Assembly: GCA_963667845.2 (NCBI GenBank)
Contig: CAXXVL010000001.1
Coordinates: forward strand, 448,001-512,000
From: Smithellaceae bacterium
Lineage (GTDB): Bacteria > Desulfobacterota > Syntrophia > Syntrophales > Smithellaceae
Length of the DNA: 64,000 bases
Direction: 5' to 3'
The notes beneath the pieces were generated by a model. That model did no database searches and was not told where the DNA came from. It saw only the letters and a program-made list of their open reading frames with translations. This document shows, piece after piece, positions 51,610 through 61,815 of this stretch. Position 1 is the first letter of the stretch; every line of letters starts with the position of its first letter. The translations under genes were made by a program, and so were the position numbers.

Positions 51610-53004
51610 ATGACAATTGATTTAAGGCCTCTATTTCATCCTGAAGCTATCGCCATTATAGGAGCATCATCAGATAAAAGCAAATTCAGTAGTCTTGTTG
51701 TCGCGGTCATGGAAATGCTGGGATACAAGGGCCATCTATATTTGGTCAATCCAAACACAAATGCAATTCCCGGCAAAAAGGTTTATGCAACCGTACTGGA
51801 CATTCCATACCCGGTGGATCTAGCCGTCATCTTCGTCCCATCCCGCTTCGTCATTTCGGCCGTTAAGGACTGCGCTAAAAAGGGAGTCAAGATCGCAATC
51901 ATCCACAGTGCGGGGTTCGCAGAACTTGGAGGCGAAGGAAGGCTCCAGCAGGATGCCATCGTTCGGGTAGCGCAGTCTTCGGGCATGCGCGTCGTTGGAC
52001 CAAATTGTATGGGGGTCACGTCGCCGTCGTCAGGGATCAATATGGTAACAGCGCACTCTCCCGATGTCTATGAAGGGAATGTGTCTTTCGTCGGTCAAAG
52101 CGGATGGGCGACGGAATACGCCCTGGTCACGGGCACTGAAAGAGGCCTTGGGTTTAACACGGTCGTATCATGTGGCAACCAGGCGGATTTGAATATTTCC
52201 GACTATCTTGATTATTTTGGACGGGATTCCGAGACCCGGGTTATCGGTGCTTATGTTGAAGGATTCAAGGATGGTGCGCGTTTCGTTGCCACAACAAAAG
52301 AAGCCGCCTGCTGCAAGCCCGTTGTGATATGGAAAGCCGGTATGATGACCTCCGGCGCCCGCTTCACCCAGTCGCATACGGGATCGCTGGCGGGCAACGG
52401 AGAAATCGCCAGAGCGATTCTCGATCAGGCCGGCGCTACGGCGGCTGTCGATATCGAGGATGCGATGGACGCTATGGTTGCCTTCAATTCACCGTATCTG
52501 CCTGAGGGCAAAAGAGTTGGTATCATCGTTTCGACCGGCGGAATCGGCGTTGCGGCCTGCGACGCCTGTGAAGCTGCGGGACTTGAAATTCCTGGGCTTC
52601 CCGGGGATGTCCACGAAGAATTGATGGATTTCTTAAAGCAATACCTCCCGCCTTTCGCCGGAAGTTCGAATCCCATAGACCTCGTATGGGCTCCCATGGG
52701 CAAGAAGCATGAAATTCTCAGTCGCTCGCTGGAATTGATGGCGCCATGGGTTGACGTTATCATATGCGCGATATACCCTAACGGGGATGATCATTATGAT
52801 GAATTTGCCCGTTTCTTCGGAAAAATGGTCCATCAAATCAAGAAACCCATTCTGACCGTACCGCCTTACGGGCATGTCATGCAGACATTTATGCAGTCAA
52901 GCACCAAGTACGGCGTGCCTTCCTTCACAAGCATCGAGAGGGCTGTCAGGGCGCTAACGCATCTCATCCGCCGTTCTGAATGGTTGAAAGGAAACAAGGG
53001 CTGA
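51610..53004 (+). CDS. Acyl-CoA synthetase (NDP-forming) alpha-type subunit, CoA-binding
   Basis: P.AIAIIGAS, SAGFAE.G, VGPNCMG, GQSG, GNQADL, YVEG, SHTGSLAG (phospho-His), NPIDL. Confidence 0.92.
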   Translation: MTIDLRPLFHPEAIAIIGASSDKSKFSSLVVAVMEMLGYKGHLYLVNPNTNAIPGKKVYATVLDIPYPVDLAVIFVPSRFVISAVKDCAKKGVKIAIIHSAGFAELGGEGRLQQDAIVRVAQSSGMRVVGPNCMGVTSPSSGINMVTAHSPDVYEGNVSFVGQSGWATEYALVTGTERGLGFNTVVSCGNQADLNISDYLDYFGRDSETRVIGAYVEGFKDGARFVATTKEAACCKPVVIWKAGMMTSGARFTQSHTGSLAGNGEIARAILDQAGATAAVDIEDAMDAMVAFNSPYLPEGKRVGIIVSTGGIGVAACDACEAAGLEIPGLPGDVHEELMDFLKQYLPPFAGSSNPIDLVWAPMGKKHEILSRSLELMAPWVDVIICAIYPNGDDHYDEFARFFGKMVHQIKKPILTVPPYGHVMQTFMQSSTKYGVPSFTSIERAVRALTHLIRRSEWLKGNKG

Positions 53005-53228
53005 GAATGCAGGGATGGCACCGCGGATTCCATGCGTTCATGGCAACCGGGCTGAAGTCTCGACGTGGCCAATTCCGAAAATTAAAACATCGGTGATGGA
53101 TTTGTCCCGTGATGTTCTTCCTGAACGCATCAATTGACGAATTCTAAAAATCATGCAACGTTACAAACGTAAATCGTTGAAATAGTATGACACACCCCTA
53201 TGGGACTAGATTATATGCGAGGTTGGTT

Positions 53229-54524
53229 TTGAAGAAATTAATTGCGTATGTATTAATCTTTACGATTTTGACTTTGTTGGCCGGCTGCGCAACTTCATTG
53301 CATACAGCATCCTCAACCGGCGATACCAAGGCGGTTATTGAGCTATTGGACAAAGGAACCCATAATATAAACGAGCAGGGGCCAACAGGCTTTAGCCCCT
53401 TAATGTATGCTGCAGCGAATGGACATATTGATACGGTTCGGCTCTTACTCGACAAGGGCGCAGACATACATGCCATTGGAAGCGGGGGTGACGCCCTTTT
53501 TTGGGCCGCCGAAGAAGGCCATGCCGATGTAGTTAAACTACTCATTGACAGAGGCAGCGATGTAGATACTGCAATCGCAAGTCTGGAAATGTGCGTCAAC
53601 GGCACCGGCGGCGCCGTTTGGAACGACCGTATAAGAACCGGATGTAAAACTGGGTTTCTTACGCTGAAAAGACTGGCAAAGCAGCAACCGCCGTCAAAAC
53701 AGCCTGAAATCATGTCTGCCAAGGCATCCCCAGACGCCTTTCCCGGCATCAAATCCGATATTGACGAGCTTCCATCATTTAAAACAAAACCCAATAAAAA
53801 TGCCTACGCCATCGTCATTGGTGTTGAAAACTATCGGCAAAAGCTCCCGAAGGCCGAATATGCGACGCAGGATGCAAGGCTCGTCACCGACTATCTGGTG
53901 AAGGCGATGGGCTACCCTGCACAAAATGTCATCACGCTTCTGAACGATCATGCGACCAATGTCGATCTGGTAAAGTATTTTGAGCAATGGCTGCCAAACA
54001 ATGTTGAAAAAGGAAGTACGGTATTTGTCTATTATTCAGGTCACGGTGCGCCGAATATCAAAACCGGCGATGCTTATCTGGTGCCTTACGACGGCGATCC
54101 GGCGTTTATCAACCAAACCGGCTATTCTTTGAAAAGATTGTACAATGCACTCGGCAAGCTCCCGGCAAAAGAAATTATCGTCGCACTCGATTCCTGTTTT
54201 TCGGGAGCCGGCGGTAGATCGGTACTTCCCAAAGGGGCGCGGCCTCTGGTGATGAATCTCCAGAGCAATATTGTTTTGTCTGAGAAGCTGACAGTTTTTT
54301 CCGCCTCATCGGGCGAACAAATCAGTTCGACGTATGATGAAAAAGGGCATGGACTCTTTACCTACTTCCTACTTAAAGGCATAAAGAATGAAGACGTAAT
54401 AAAGCAAGATGGTTCCATCAATACGAGTGACCTGTTCAGTTATATCAAACCCCAGGTGGAGCTCATTGCGCGGAAGCAATTCAACAACGAACAAACGCCG
54501 CAGTTGCTGGGAGGAAAGAATTAA
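53229..54524 (+). CDS. Lipoprotein with ankyrin repeats and a C-terminal caspase (peptidase C14) domain
   Basis: MKK...LLAGC lipobox (TTG start; alternative ATG 53187), SPLMYAAANGH ankyrins, YAIVIG, YYSGHG, LDSCFSG, HGLFTY, QTPQ. Confidence 0.9.
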   Translation: MKKLIAYVLIFTILTLLAGCATSLHTASSTGDTKAVIELLDKGTHNINEQGPTGFSPLMYAAANGHIDTVRLLLDKGADIHAIGSGGDALFWAAEEGHADVVKLLIDRGSDVDTAIASLEMCVNGTGGAVWNDRIRTGCKTGFLTLKRLAKQQPPSKQPEIMSAKASPDAFPGIKSDIDELPSFKTKPNKNAYAIVIGVENYRQKLPKAEYATQDARLVTDYLVKAMGYPAQNVITLLNDHATNVDLVKYFEQWLPNNVEKGSTVFVYYSGHGAPNIKTGDAYLVPYDGDPAFINQTGYSLKRLYNALGKLPAKEIIVALDSCFSGAGGRSVLPKGARPLVMNLQSNIVLSEKLTVFSASSGEQISSTYDEKGHGLFTYFLLKGIKNEDVIKQDGSINTSDLFSYIKPQVELIARKQFNNEQTPQLLGGKN

Positions 54525-54793
54525 GGACGCTGTAGCGAAGATCAAGATCACCTCTCTTTACACGATTTCAAATCGTAATACTCAGTGTTGAGACTTTTCA
54601 AAATTACCTGTTTGTAGGTGTAATGAATATCAAGACAACACTTAAGTGACCACTCTCTGTATAGTCGAGTGTTGATTGTCGCAGGCGATAGAAGGGGAAA
54701 GAAACCCAAGAACTGACACCGAGCCGGCTGAATCGATTTGATCATTCATCTTTGCAGCCGGTTCGGCTTCCATTCGTCGGCGGTCTCTGCTTC

Positions 54794-55312
54794 TTAATCT
54801 TCCAAGCTTACACGAAACCGGCAGACCTTGTCCCCTTTGGTCAGCAGTTTGGTAAAGCCGCTGGTTTTGAATTTCGGGTTGAGCTCGGCCGCCATGCCGC
54901 GGAGCGATTCTCCGAGCAGGATTTCACACAACTCCGGCTCTTTGGACCATGGTTTCGTAACCGGGCAGGTCTTCAGTTCTTTTTCAAAGGCTTTCGGCGT
55001 GTTCTCAACGTACCCGTCCCAGAAATTGGCAAACGTATCGTCGATCAGATCATGCACTTTGGGCAGAGCCAGGCAGTCGTGAAAATCTTCCGGCTTCGTG
55101 CCGGTGAGCGACATCCACATCTTCGCGCCTTTTTGGCCCTGCTTGTAGTATTCTTCTTTTAGACGCTCGACAAACTTTTCGCCGCCGACTTCTTTCCCGA
55201 CCCTATAGAGGACGACCATCTGCCTGGCCAGAGATTCCGTCCAGTTTTTGTAGCGTTTGCCCATTTCTTCTTCACTGATCGGATACTTTTCATAATCGGG
55301 TGTCTCTTTCAT
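54794..55312 (-). CDS. L-2-amino-thiazoline-4-carboxylic acid hydrolase-like protein
   Basis: TCP...W....C.......A..LNP......LTKGDKVCRF motif set; AGGAGG RBS. Confidence 0.75.
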   Translation of the reverse strand: MKETPDYEKYPISEEEMGKRYKNWTESLARQMVVLYRVGKEVGGEKFVERLKEEYYKQGQKGAKMWMSLTGTKPEDFHDCLALPKVHDLIDDTFANFWDGYVENTPKAFEKELKTCPVTKPWSKEPELCEILLGESLRGMAAELNPKFKTSGFTKLLTKGDKVCRFRVSLED

Positions 55313-55383
55313 GGTTTACCCTCCTGTCGATAAAAAAATATTGCGCTGATCATTCTGTTTTTTGTCCGCGCGTCCTTTCTGTT

Positions 55384-56952
55384 CTAAAACTTTGTCGGCC
55401 AGTTGGCAAGCCCGTGTTCTCCGATGCCGCCCGTGCGCTGGTCTTCGCAGATGCCCAGCGCACGGATGATGAAATTGCGCGTGTCCCGCGGGTCGATAAC
55501 ATCCTGGAAGAAATGCGCCTGCGCCGCTGAATACGGTGCGCTGTCTCTGACCATTTCCGAAATGTATTGGTCTTTCTGGGCCTGGAGCTCCGGTGAATTG
55601 GCCATCTTTCCGGCAAACACGATATTGGCCGCAATTTCCGGTGCGACGAAACTTACTTCCGCCGTCGGCCAGGCGACGATAAAATCCGTCCGGCATCCCG
55701 GGCCGGCCATCGTGTGAAACGCCATCCCATAAGCTTTGCGGACAATCACCGTAATTTTGGGAACCGTGATCTGCCCCAGGGCGTTCATGAAGTTCATTAC
55801 TTTAGCGCCCACGCGGTTGCGCTCTGCTTCTCTGCCGACCAGAAATCCCGGCGTGTCTTCAAAGAAGAGCAGGGGGATGTTGAAGGAATCGCACAAAACC
55901 AGAAAGCTGGTAATTTTATCAATGCCGTTGGTATCGATTGCTCCCGCGCCGAAAGACGGCTGATTGGCGACAAAGCCGACGACTTGTCCGTTGATGCGCG
56001 CCAGGGCAGTGATGACGCTTTTGGCGAAAGTGGGCTTTATGGGAAACAGAATGCCGCCGTCGGCAATCGTGCTTAAAATCTTATTCATGTCATACGCCCG
56101 GTTTCTTTTCTCGGGCAGAATGCCGAGGATTTTATCCATGCTGCCGCCCGATCCCGCGGGAACGGAAAGCACGGGCGGCTTTTCATCGCAGTGCGAGGGC
56201 ATATAGGAGAGATACTCACGGATGATGTCCAGACACTCTTCATCATTTTCGGCGACGCGGTCGATATTGCCGGTGATCTCCGAGTGAACCTTCCATCCGC
56301 CCAGTTCTTCGTCGGTAATCTTTTCGCCGATCGCCAGCTCCAGCACCCGGGGTCCGGAAACGCCCATGGCGCTTCCCTTGACCTGGACGACAAAATCGGC
56401 AAGACAGGCCATCCAGGTCGGCATCCCGTAGCATTCGCCCATGACGGCGGTGACCAGAGGAGACTTGCGCACGCGGCTCATCGCCTGCACAAAGGTGTCG
56501 TAACCGCCGCCTCCGTATGAAGCAAGCCCCTTCGCCCCCATAATGTCCGGCATCCTCGCCCCGCCGGCTTCGCCCAGATAGACCAGCGGGAACCCCCGGC
56601 GTACGGCTTCACTCTTGATATCCACTTCTTTGCGCGCTGCGACGCGGCTGCTGGTGGCCGCAAGCACCGTAAAGTCGTTCGCGATGACGGCTACGGGCCT
56701 CCCGTTGATTTTTCCGTACCCGCCTATTTTGCTGTCCGCCGGCGTTTTGTCTTCCATTCCGGGAACGTCCGAACAATTGAACATCCCGACTTCCAGAAAA
56801 GTGTCGGGGTCCAAAAGACGCCCAATGCGCTCCCGCGCCGTCAGTTTATTTTTGTCGTGTTGAATTTTGATTTTTGCCGGTCCGCCCATCTGCCGGGCTT
56901 TTTCTCTTAACGTCGTCAGGTGATCCAGTTCTTTTTCAAATGGCATGCTCAT
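55384..56952 (-). CDS. Acyl-CoA carboxylase carboxyltransferase (beta) subunit
   Basis: KLTARERI..LLD, GGARMP, ARINGQ.VG.VANQP, DTPGFLVG, RKAYG, AWPTAE, VIDPRDTR. Confidence 0.95.
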   Translation of the reverse strand: MSMPFEKELDHLTTLREKARQMGGPAKIKIQHDKNKLTARERIGRLLDPDTFLEVGMFNCSDVPGMEDKTPADSKIGGYGKINGRPVAVIANDFTVLAATSSRVAARKEVDIKSEAVRRGFPLVYLGEAGGARMPDIMGAKGLASYGGGGYDTFVQAMSRVRKSPLVTAVMGECYGMPTWMACLADFVVQVKGSAMGVSGPRVLELAIGEKITDEELGGWKVHSEITGNIDRVAENDEECLDIIREYLSYMPSHCDEKPPVLSVPAGSGGSMDKILGILPEKRNRAYDMNKILSTIADGGILFPIKPTFAKSVITALARINGQVVGFVANQPSFGAGAIDTNGIDKITSFLVLCDSFNIPLLFFEDTPGFLVGREAERNRVGAKVMNFMNALGQITVPKITVIVRKAYGMAFHTMAGPGCRTDFIVAWPTAEVSFVAPEIAANIVFAGKMANSPELQAQKDQYISEMVRDSAPYSAAQAHFFQDVIDPRDTRNFIIRALGICEDQRTGGIGEHGLANWPTKF

Positions 56953-57203
56953 GTCCTCATCATATTTCTATATTTTGATCGATCCGGCGCAGCCGCGCAG
57001 GACGAATCATTTGCGGACATTAATATCTCTGAAAATTTTTTTATGTCAAGCAAATGTCGGAGTCCCGATAGGAGGAAGGGATGAATTCAAAGGGCGGACA
57101 AGAAGAACGCTCTGAAAAAATTAAGTTACTAATCAGACTTACACGGCGGCGCGCAGGATCCATTTTTTCATTCGTGTATGCAGGCGGTTCCGGTTTTAAT
57201 CGT

Positions 57204-57602
57204 TTAAAGGATCTGTTTCCGGGCGTCGGGTCCGCTCTTCACGGTATAAACGCCGGTGATTTTTCCCACGATGGCCGACTTCGGGTGCAGCGTCGCCCGG
57301 ATGCCGTGGACCCATTCGACGTCCTCGCGAAAAATTTCATCGTCCGTATGGATCGTAATAGCGGCCTTGATCTGGAAGCCGCCCTTTTCTCCCCACCAGG
57401 CAAGCGCGACTTGGGGATTCTCCTGCAGGTTCTTCAGGGTCTTCATGAAAAACTGATCGGAGATGAGGAGCGTCTCATCATCCAGAAACTTGAAGGCGCC
57501 CACAGGCACCACATTGGGCGTACCGTCTTTTGAAGCTGTCGAAAGGTAAGCGACCTTTGTTGCCTTCAGACTTTCTTTAATCTCTTCCGTTACTTTAACC
57601 AC
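57204..57602 (-). CDS. Pyridoxamine 5'-phosphate oxidase family (FMN-binding split barrel) protein
   Basis: LSTASKDGTPNVVP, KTLKNLQENP, GFQIK; GTG start with AGGAGG RBS. Confidence 0.9.
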   Translation of the reverse strand: MVKVTEEIKESLKATKVAYLSTASKDGTPNVVPVGAFKFLDDETLLISDQFFMKTLKNLQENPQVALAWWGEKGGFQIKAAITIHTDDEIFREDVEWVHGIRATLHPKSAIVGKITGVYTVKSGPDARKQIL

Positions 57603-57684
57603 AAAATAATCCTCCTGTGAATGCGGCGTATAAACCGCCGCTTCTGAATAAGGACGTGAACATGAGCAGTTTCATGAGAGTCCT

Positions 57685-58233
57685 TTATATCACCGGCAGC
57701 TCCGCCTTCTTTTCTCTTTTCGCTTGTTCGTCCAGAATGATGCCGAGCGCCATGCGTGCCGCTTTTCCGACCAGCGTGGAGCATTGTTCGGGCAAGCCCG
57801 CGGCCTGAGCCGCCTTCATGTCTTCCATCTCGTAGAGATTGAAAAAGCGGCCGAATTGTTTGACCTGAATGTCATGGCAGCGGCAGGTGGAAAATTCCGC
57901 AATAAACTGTTCGTGAAATTTTTTCGCAAGCAGGAGCGCTTTGAGCTGTTTTCCCACTCTGGCCATGTCTTCTTTTTTTCTGCCGAAAAAGTAACCGATG
58001 GCGATGGTGCCGCCGGATAAAGCGCCGCAGTGCCCGTCGCCGGTGAGGCCCACGCCGTCGGCAAATCCCGTGGCCGCACGCACGACGTTATCATCGTCTA
58101 CGCCCAGCACTTCGAAAATGGCGGCAAGAGAGCATTGCGAGCAGTTGCCGCCTCCAAGTTCATAAGCTTTCGCCCGTTTGTAAACTTCGCCCAGCATTTC
58201 TTCTCTGTTCATTTGCGTTCCTTCCCTGTTCAT
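57685..58233 (-). CDS. C-GCAxxG-C-C family redox protein
   Basis: GNCSQC, GFADGVG..G..CGALSGG, CRC.DI, QCS..VG. Alternative start 58212. Confidence 0.9.
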   Translation of the reverse strand: MNREGTQMNREEMLGEVYKRAKAYELGGGNCSQCSLAAIFEVLGVDDDNVVRAATGFADGVGLTGDGHCGALSGGTIAIGYFFGRKKEDMARVGKQLKALLLAKKFHEQFIAEFSTCRCHDIQVKQFGRFFNLYEMEDMKAAQAAGLPEQCSTLVGKAARMALGIILDEQAKREKKAELPVI

Positions 58234-59405
58234 TTTTTGGCCTTCTCCAGAATTTCGGCAATACCCAGCACTTCCAGTTTATCTTCGAGGTTTTCCATCT
58301 TCACCGCATCGGTGAGCATCTTGGCGCAGTTGGGGCAGGCGACCGCAATGATACCTGCACCGGTCTCCAGCGCTTCACGGACGCGCACGCGCGAGGCGCT
58401 GTCCGGGGCTGTCCCCAGGATGTCCGTGAAGAAATTGCCGCCGCCTCCGCCGCAACAGAAGGCGTCCGGCCCGTGGCGGCGCATCTCGACGAGGCAGGCT
58501 TTGGGAATGGCATTGAGGACTTCCCGCGGCGCGCTGTATATCTGCTGATGCCGGCCCAGGTAACAGGGATCATGGTAGGTGATTGTTGCAGGCAGGGCTT
58601 TCAGCTTTATTTTTTTCTTTTTGATCAGGGAGGCGAGCACCTCGGTATAATGCAAAACCTTGAATTTGCCGCCGAGCGCCGGATAATCCTTTTTGAACGT
58701 GTTGAGAGCGTGGGGATCAAGCGTAATGATTTTCTGGACACCTTTGACCTTGAACTTTTCAATGTTGGCTTCCGCCAGTTTTGCAAACAGCCCCATCTCT
58801 CCCAACGTGCGCACGTCATTGCCGTCGCAGGTTTCTTCATTTCCCAGAATGCCCACGGATACGCCGGCATCGGCCAGCATCTTTCCTACGCTATGCGCCA
58901 TCTTCCGGCCGACTTCGTCGTAAGAGCCGACCGAGCCCGCATAGAAGAGGTACTCCTGGCTGGTGTAAGGTTTCAGTCCCGTGCCGCGGGCCCAGTCTCC
59001 GCGCTCCGATTGAGGCAGCTTGTAAGGGTTGCCGCTCACGGCGACCGCTTTGAGGTAATCGCGCACGCCGGGCGGGATTCGGCCTTCGCTTACCAGTTCG
59101 GCGCGTGTCTCCTGAAAAATATCCGTCAGGAAATCCTTAAACTTCGGAAAGACGCACTGGGTCTTGCAGTTGTCGCAGGTCACGCACGAAAACATGATTT
59201 CGGCAAAGTGGGGAGTAGTTTCCAGCTCACCATTGAGCCAGGCGCGGGTCAGCCACATCCGGCCGCCGGGCGAATAGGTGTCCCAGCTGAAGGCTTTATA
59301 GGAAGGGCAGTTGAAATCGCTGTAGTCCGCGGGAAATTTGCAGTAACCGCAGCGGAAGCAGCGATGGACGATATTTTCATGTTCGATGTGGCGTATGTAA
59401 GTCAT
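58230..59405 (-). CDS. Fe-S oxidoreductase (HdrD/GlcF-like: two 4Fe-4S motifs plus CCG domains)
   Basis: CFRCGYC, CVTCDNC..QC, GNPY, YHDPCYLGR, FCCGGGGG, ACPNC. Confidence 0.92.
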   Translation of the reverse strand: MTYIRHIEHENIVHRCFRCGYCKFPADYSDFNCPSYKAFSWDTYSPGGRMWLTRAWLNGELETTPHFAEIMFSCVTCDNCKTQCVFPKFKDFLTDIFQETRAELVSEGRIPPGVRDYLKAVAVSGNPYKLPQSERGDWARGTGLKPYTSQEYLFYAGSVGSYDEVGRKMAHSVGKMLADAGVSVGILGNEETCDGNDVRTLGEMGLFAKLAEANIEKFKVKGVQKIITLDPHALNTFKKDYPALGGKFKVLHYTEVLASLIKKKKIKLKALPATITYHDPCYLGRHQQIYSAPREVLNAIPKACLVEMRRHGPDAFCCGGGGGNFFTDILGTAPDSASRVRVREALETGAGIIAVACPNCAKMLTDAVKMENLEDKLEVLGIAEILEKAKK

Positions 59406-60784
59406 GAGTTCACCTCCCAGTTGCCGGGATTCATGATCCCGCAGGGATCAAGGTTTTTCTTGATCATCTGGAGGAGCTTGAGGGCATTGGGCTCCATCTT
59501 CTCCATGACCATTTTCTGTTCCATGTAATTGGGCTTCCAGGGAATGCCGCCCATCTCCAGAGCAAATGACGTTGCTTCATCCAGTGCATGCTTGACCCGG
59601 GTCATCATGGCCGGATCGTTGCGGTTGAAGGCAAACGAAATGCTGAACATCATGCAGTGGCCGCCGGAAATGAGACGGGCGGAACTGGCGTAAAGAACAT
59701 CATACTTCCGGGCCAGTTCGACGACTTTGGCGGCATACTGCGGGAAATGTTCGATGATCGTGATCGGCCCCGAATACTCGAATCCGCCGCCTTTGGGGAC
59801 GTCCGCAAAATCGGCGATGTTCCGGCCGGGCATTTGCAGAAGCGCTTCCTTCATATACTGGACGCTCATGAAGCCGCCGTCTTTCGAATCCATGAATTCC
59901 TGGAGGGTGTCCCAGATCATCTTTCGTTTGAATTCGATTTCCTCTTCCGTGTCCCCGGTAAAATAAAGGGTGATATGAAAGTTGCCCAGAAACATCAGCG
60001 GTTTGGGCTGGAACCAGACGTTCACGTCCTCCAGCATTTCCAGGTGGGTGAGCTTGTAGAGAATGACAGGCACCAGATCCACCCGGTCCGTTACAAACAA
60101 TTCCACTTCACGAATCTTTTTGTTGGGGAAAAGTTTCATGCCCACCTTGGTGATGATGCCCGTGGTGCCAAGCCATCCCAGGAACAATCCCGAAAGATCG
60201 GGGAGCGTCGGGCTCTTGGAAAACCAGTAAGGTCCGATGGACGGAGAGCCGATCCGGCAAACATCGCCCGTCGGCAGGACCACTTCCAATCCCGTGACCA
60301 TATCTGAATTGAAGCCGTATTGATTGGTGAGCCGGCCCTGGCCGTGGAGGGCGACGTTGGCGGCGATGGTTGTCGTGGGGGGCGCGTCGGGCAGGCTGTG
60401 CCGCAAGGTGGGATGGTTTTCCTGTAAGTAAGCCTTGAGCACACCCTGGGACGTTCCTCCCTCCACCACGGCGTAGCGGGCCATGGCGTTCACTTCCAGG
60501 ATTTTGTTCATCCGCTTCATATCCAGAACGATGCCGCCCCTGAGCGGAATTACCAGACCCGTCAGCGACATGCCGTTCCCCATCGGGACGACGGGGATTT
60601 TTTCACGGCAGGCGAGCTGGACAATTTTTTGCACCTCTTCGGTTGTTTTCGGCGCCACCACATAATCAGGCTGGTGCGGCGTCAGAACACCCGGGTCGCG
60701 TGAGTAGAACCAGAGTTCCTCCGGGGCATTGGAAACGCTTCTTTCTCCGACAATTTCGATCAGGGATTTCAGAATGTCGCTCAT
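59402..60784 (-). CDS. FAD-binding oxidoreductase (GlcD/D-lactate dehydrogenase-like)
   Basis: PDYVVAP.TTEEVQ, GGIVLDM.RMNKI, GLEVVLPTG, GTTGIITK, LDP.GIMNPG. Confidence 0.92.
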   Translation of the reverse strand: MSDILKSLIEIVGERSVSNAPEELWFYSRDPGVLTPHQPDYVVAPKTTEEVQKIVQLACREKIPVVPMGNGMSLTGLVIPLRGGIVLDMKRMNKILEVNAMARYAVVEGGTSQGVLKAYLQENHPTLRHSLPDAPPTTTIAANVALHGQGRLTNQYGFNSDMVTGLEVVLPTGDVCRIGSPSIGPYWFSKSPTLPDLSGLFLGWLGTTGIITKVGMKLFPNKKIREVELFVTDRVDLVPVILYKLTHLEMLEDVNVWFQPKPLMFLGNFHITLYFTGDTEEEIEFKRKMIWDTLQEFMDSKDGGFMSVQYMKEALLQMPGRNIADFADVPKGGGFEYSGPITIIEHFPQYAAKVVELARKYDVLYASSARLISGGHCMMFSISFAFNRNDPAMMTRVKHALDEATSFALEMGGIPWKPNYMEQKMVMEKMEPNALKLLQMIKKNLDPCGIMNPGNWEVNS

Positions 60785-61815
60785 AGAGCCGCCTCCTTTC
60801 CTTTTTCGCCGATGGCCATTTTGCACAGGTCGATGATATGCACCGGTTTCAGCCCTCGTTTGGTAACTTTTTCCGAAAGAGACGACTGGCAGGCCGGGCA
60901 ATTAAAAACGCAGTACTCGGCGCCCGCTTTGAGCATGTCGTCGATGTTGCGCTTCTGCACATCGTCCGCAAGCCGGTAGCCGGAAACGGAGCGGAGGATT
61001 TCCGCGCAGCACAGAGCGTTTTCATCCTGATAAACTCTTTTGGGCGCTTTCACGCCGATGAGTTTGAAGATTTTTTTCACCAGCGGCAGCTTGTCGGGGA
61101 TGAGGCGGTTGGAGCAGGGGCGCTGGTAAGCGACGGTGATGTTGAGCGGCTTGATTTTGTCTTTGAGCTCTTTCATTCTCCCGTAGAGATAATCCATGTA
61201 GTAAACCGGCTTGAAGGGTACATCCATGCCGTAGGCTTCCGCCATGGATGTCAGCGTGCCGTAGCATTCATCGTGCAGACAGATCACTTCCTTGACGCCC
61301 AGCTTGCGGTAATTCTCGATGACGATGGGGAGCCGTTCCTTGATCACCGACATGCGGGCGAAGTGCGTATGAACGGCCGGGCACATGAATTCCGCGCCGA
61401 ACACGCCTGCGGAGGCGACATCCTTGAAGATTTCCCCGGTGCCCAGCGGCCCCAGATCGGGAATGTAGCAGCAGGAGAGCGCCTTGTCCTTTACATCGCC
61501 TGCCAGGTACTTGCCCTGCATTTGCGTCATGTTGATCCACTGGTTGGTGATGGGGCGCGGCGCTGTGAACATGCCTTTTTCTTCGCGCCGCTCCGAGATG
61601 AGGTAGAAGGGATGATTGCCCCTGGTGCAGTATTCCTCGCAGGCATAGCAGGTGACACACTCGTTAAGCACGCGGGAATCCTTGCCCTTCATGACTTTCA
61701 TCATTTCCCCGTGCGCCTCCGGGTGCCCGCTCATGGTCATGTACTGGCACTTCAGCAGGCAGTCGGATGATGGACATGTTGCGCAAACCTTTTCTTTAAA
61801 TTTCAATTTGTACAT
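60781..61815 (-). CDS. Fe-S binding CCG-domain protein
   Basis: CATC...CL.KC, CVTCYACEEYC, HDECY, YQRPC, LCC, FNCPAC; GGAGG RBS. Confidence 0.9.
   Translation of the reverse strand: MYKLKFKEKVCATCPSSDCLLKCQYMTMSGHPEAHGEMMKVMKGKDSRVLNECVTCYACEEYCTRGNHPFYLISERREEKGMFTAPRPITNQWINMTQMQGKYLAGDVKDKALSCCYIPDLGPLGTGEIFKDVASAGVFGAEFMCPAVHTHFARMSVIKERLPIVIENYRKLGVKEVICLHDECYGTLTSMAEAYGMDVPFKPVYYMDYLYGRMKELKDKIKPLNITVAYQRPCSNRLIPDKLPLVKKIFKLIGVKAPKRVYQDENALCCAEILRSVSGYRLADDVQKRNIDDMLKAGAEYCVFNCPACQSSLSEKVTKRGLKPVHIIDLCKMAIGEKGKEAAL

Noticed and set aside
57685..58233. C-GCAxxG-C-C protein as a further selenoprotein
   Set aside because: The ORF is continuous with Cys codons and has no in-frame UGA.
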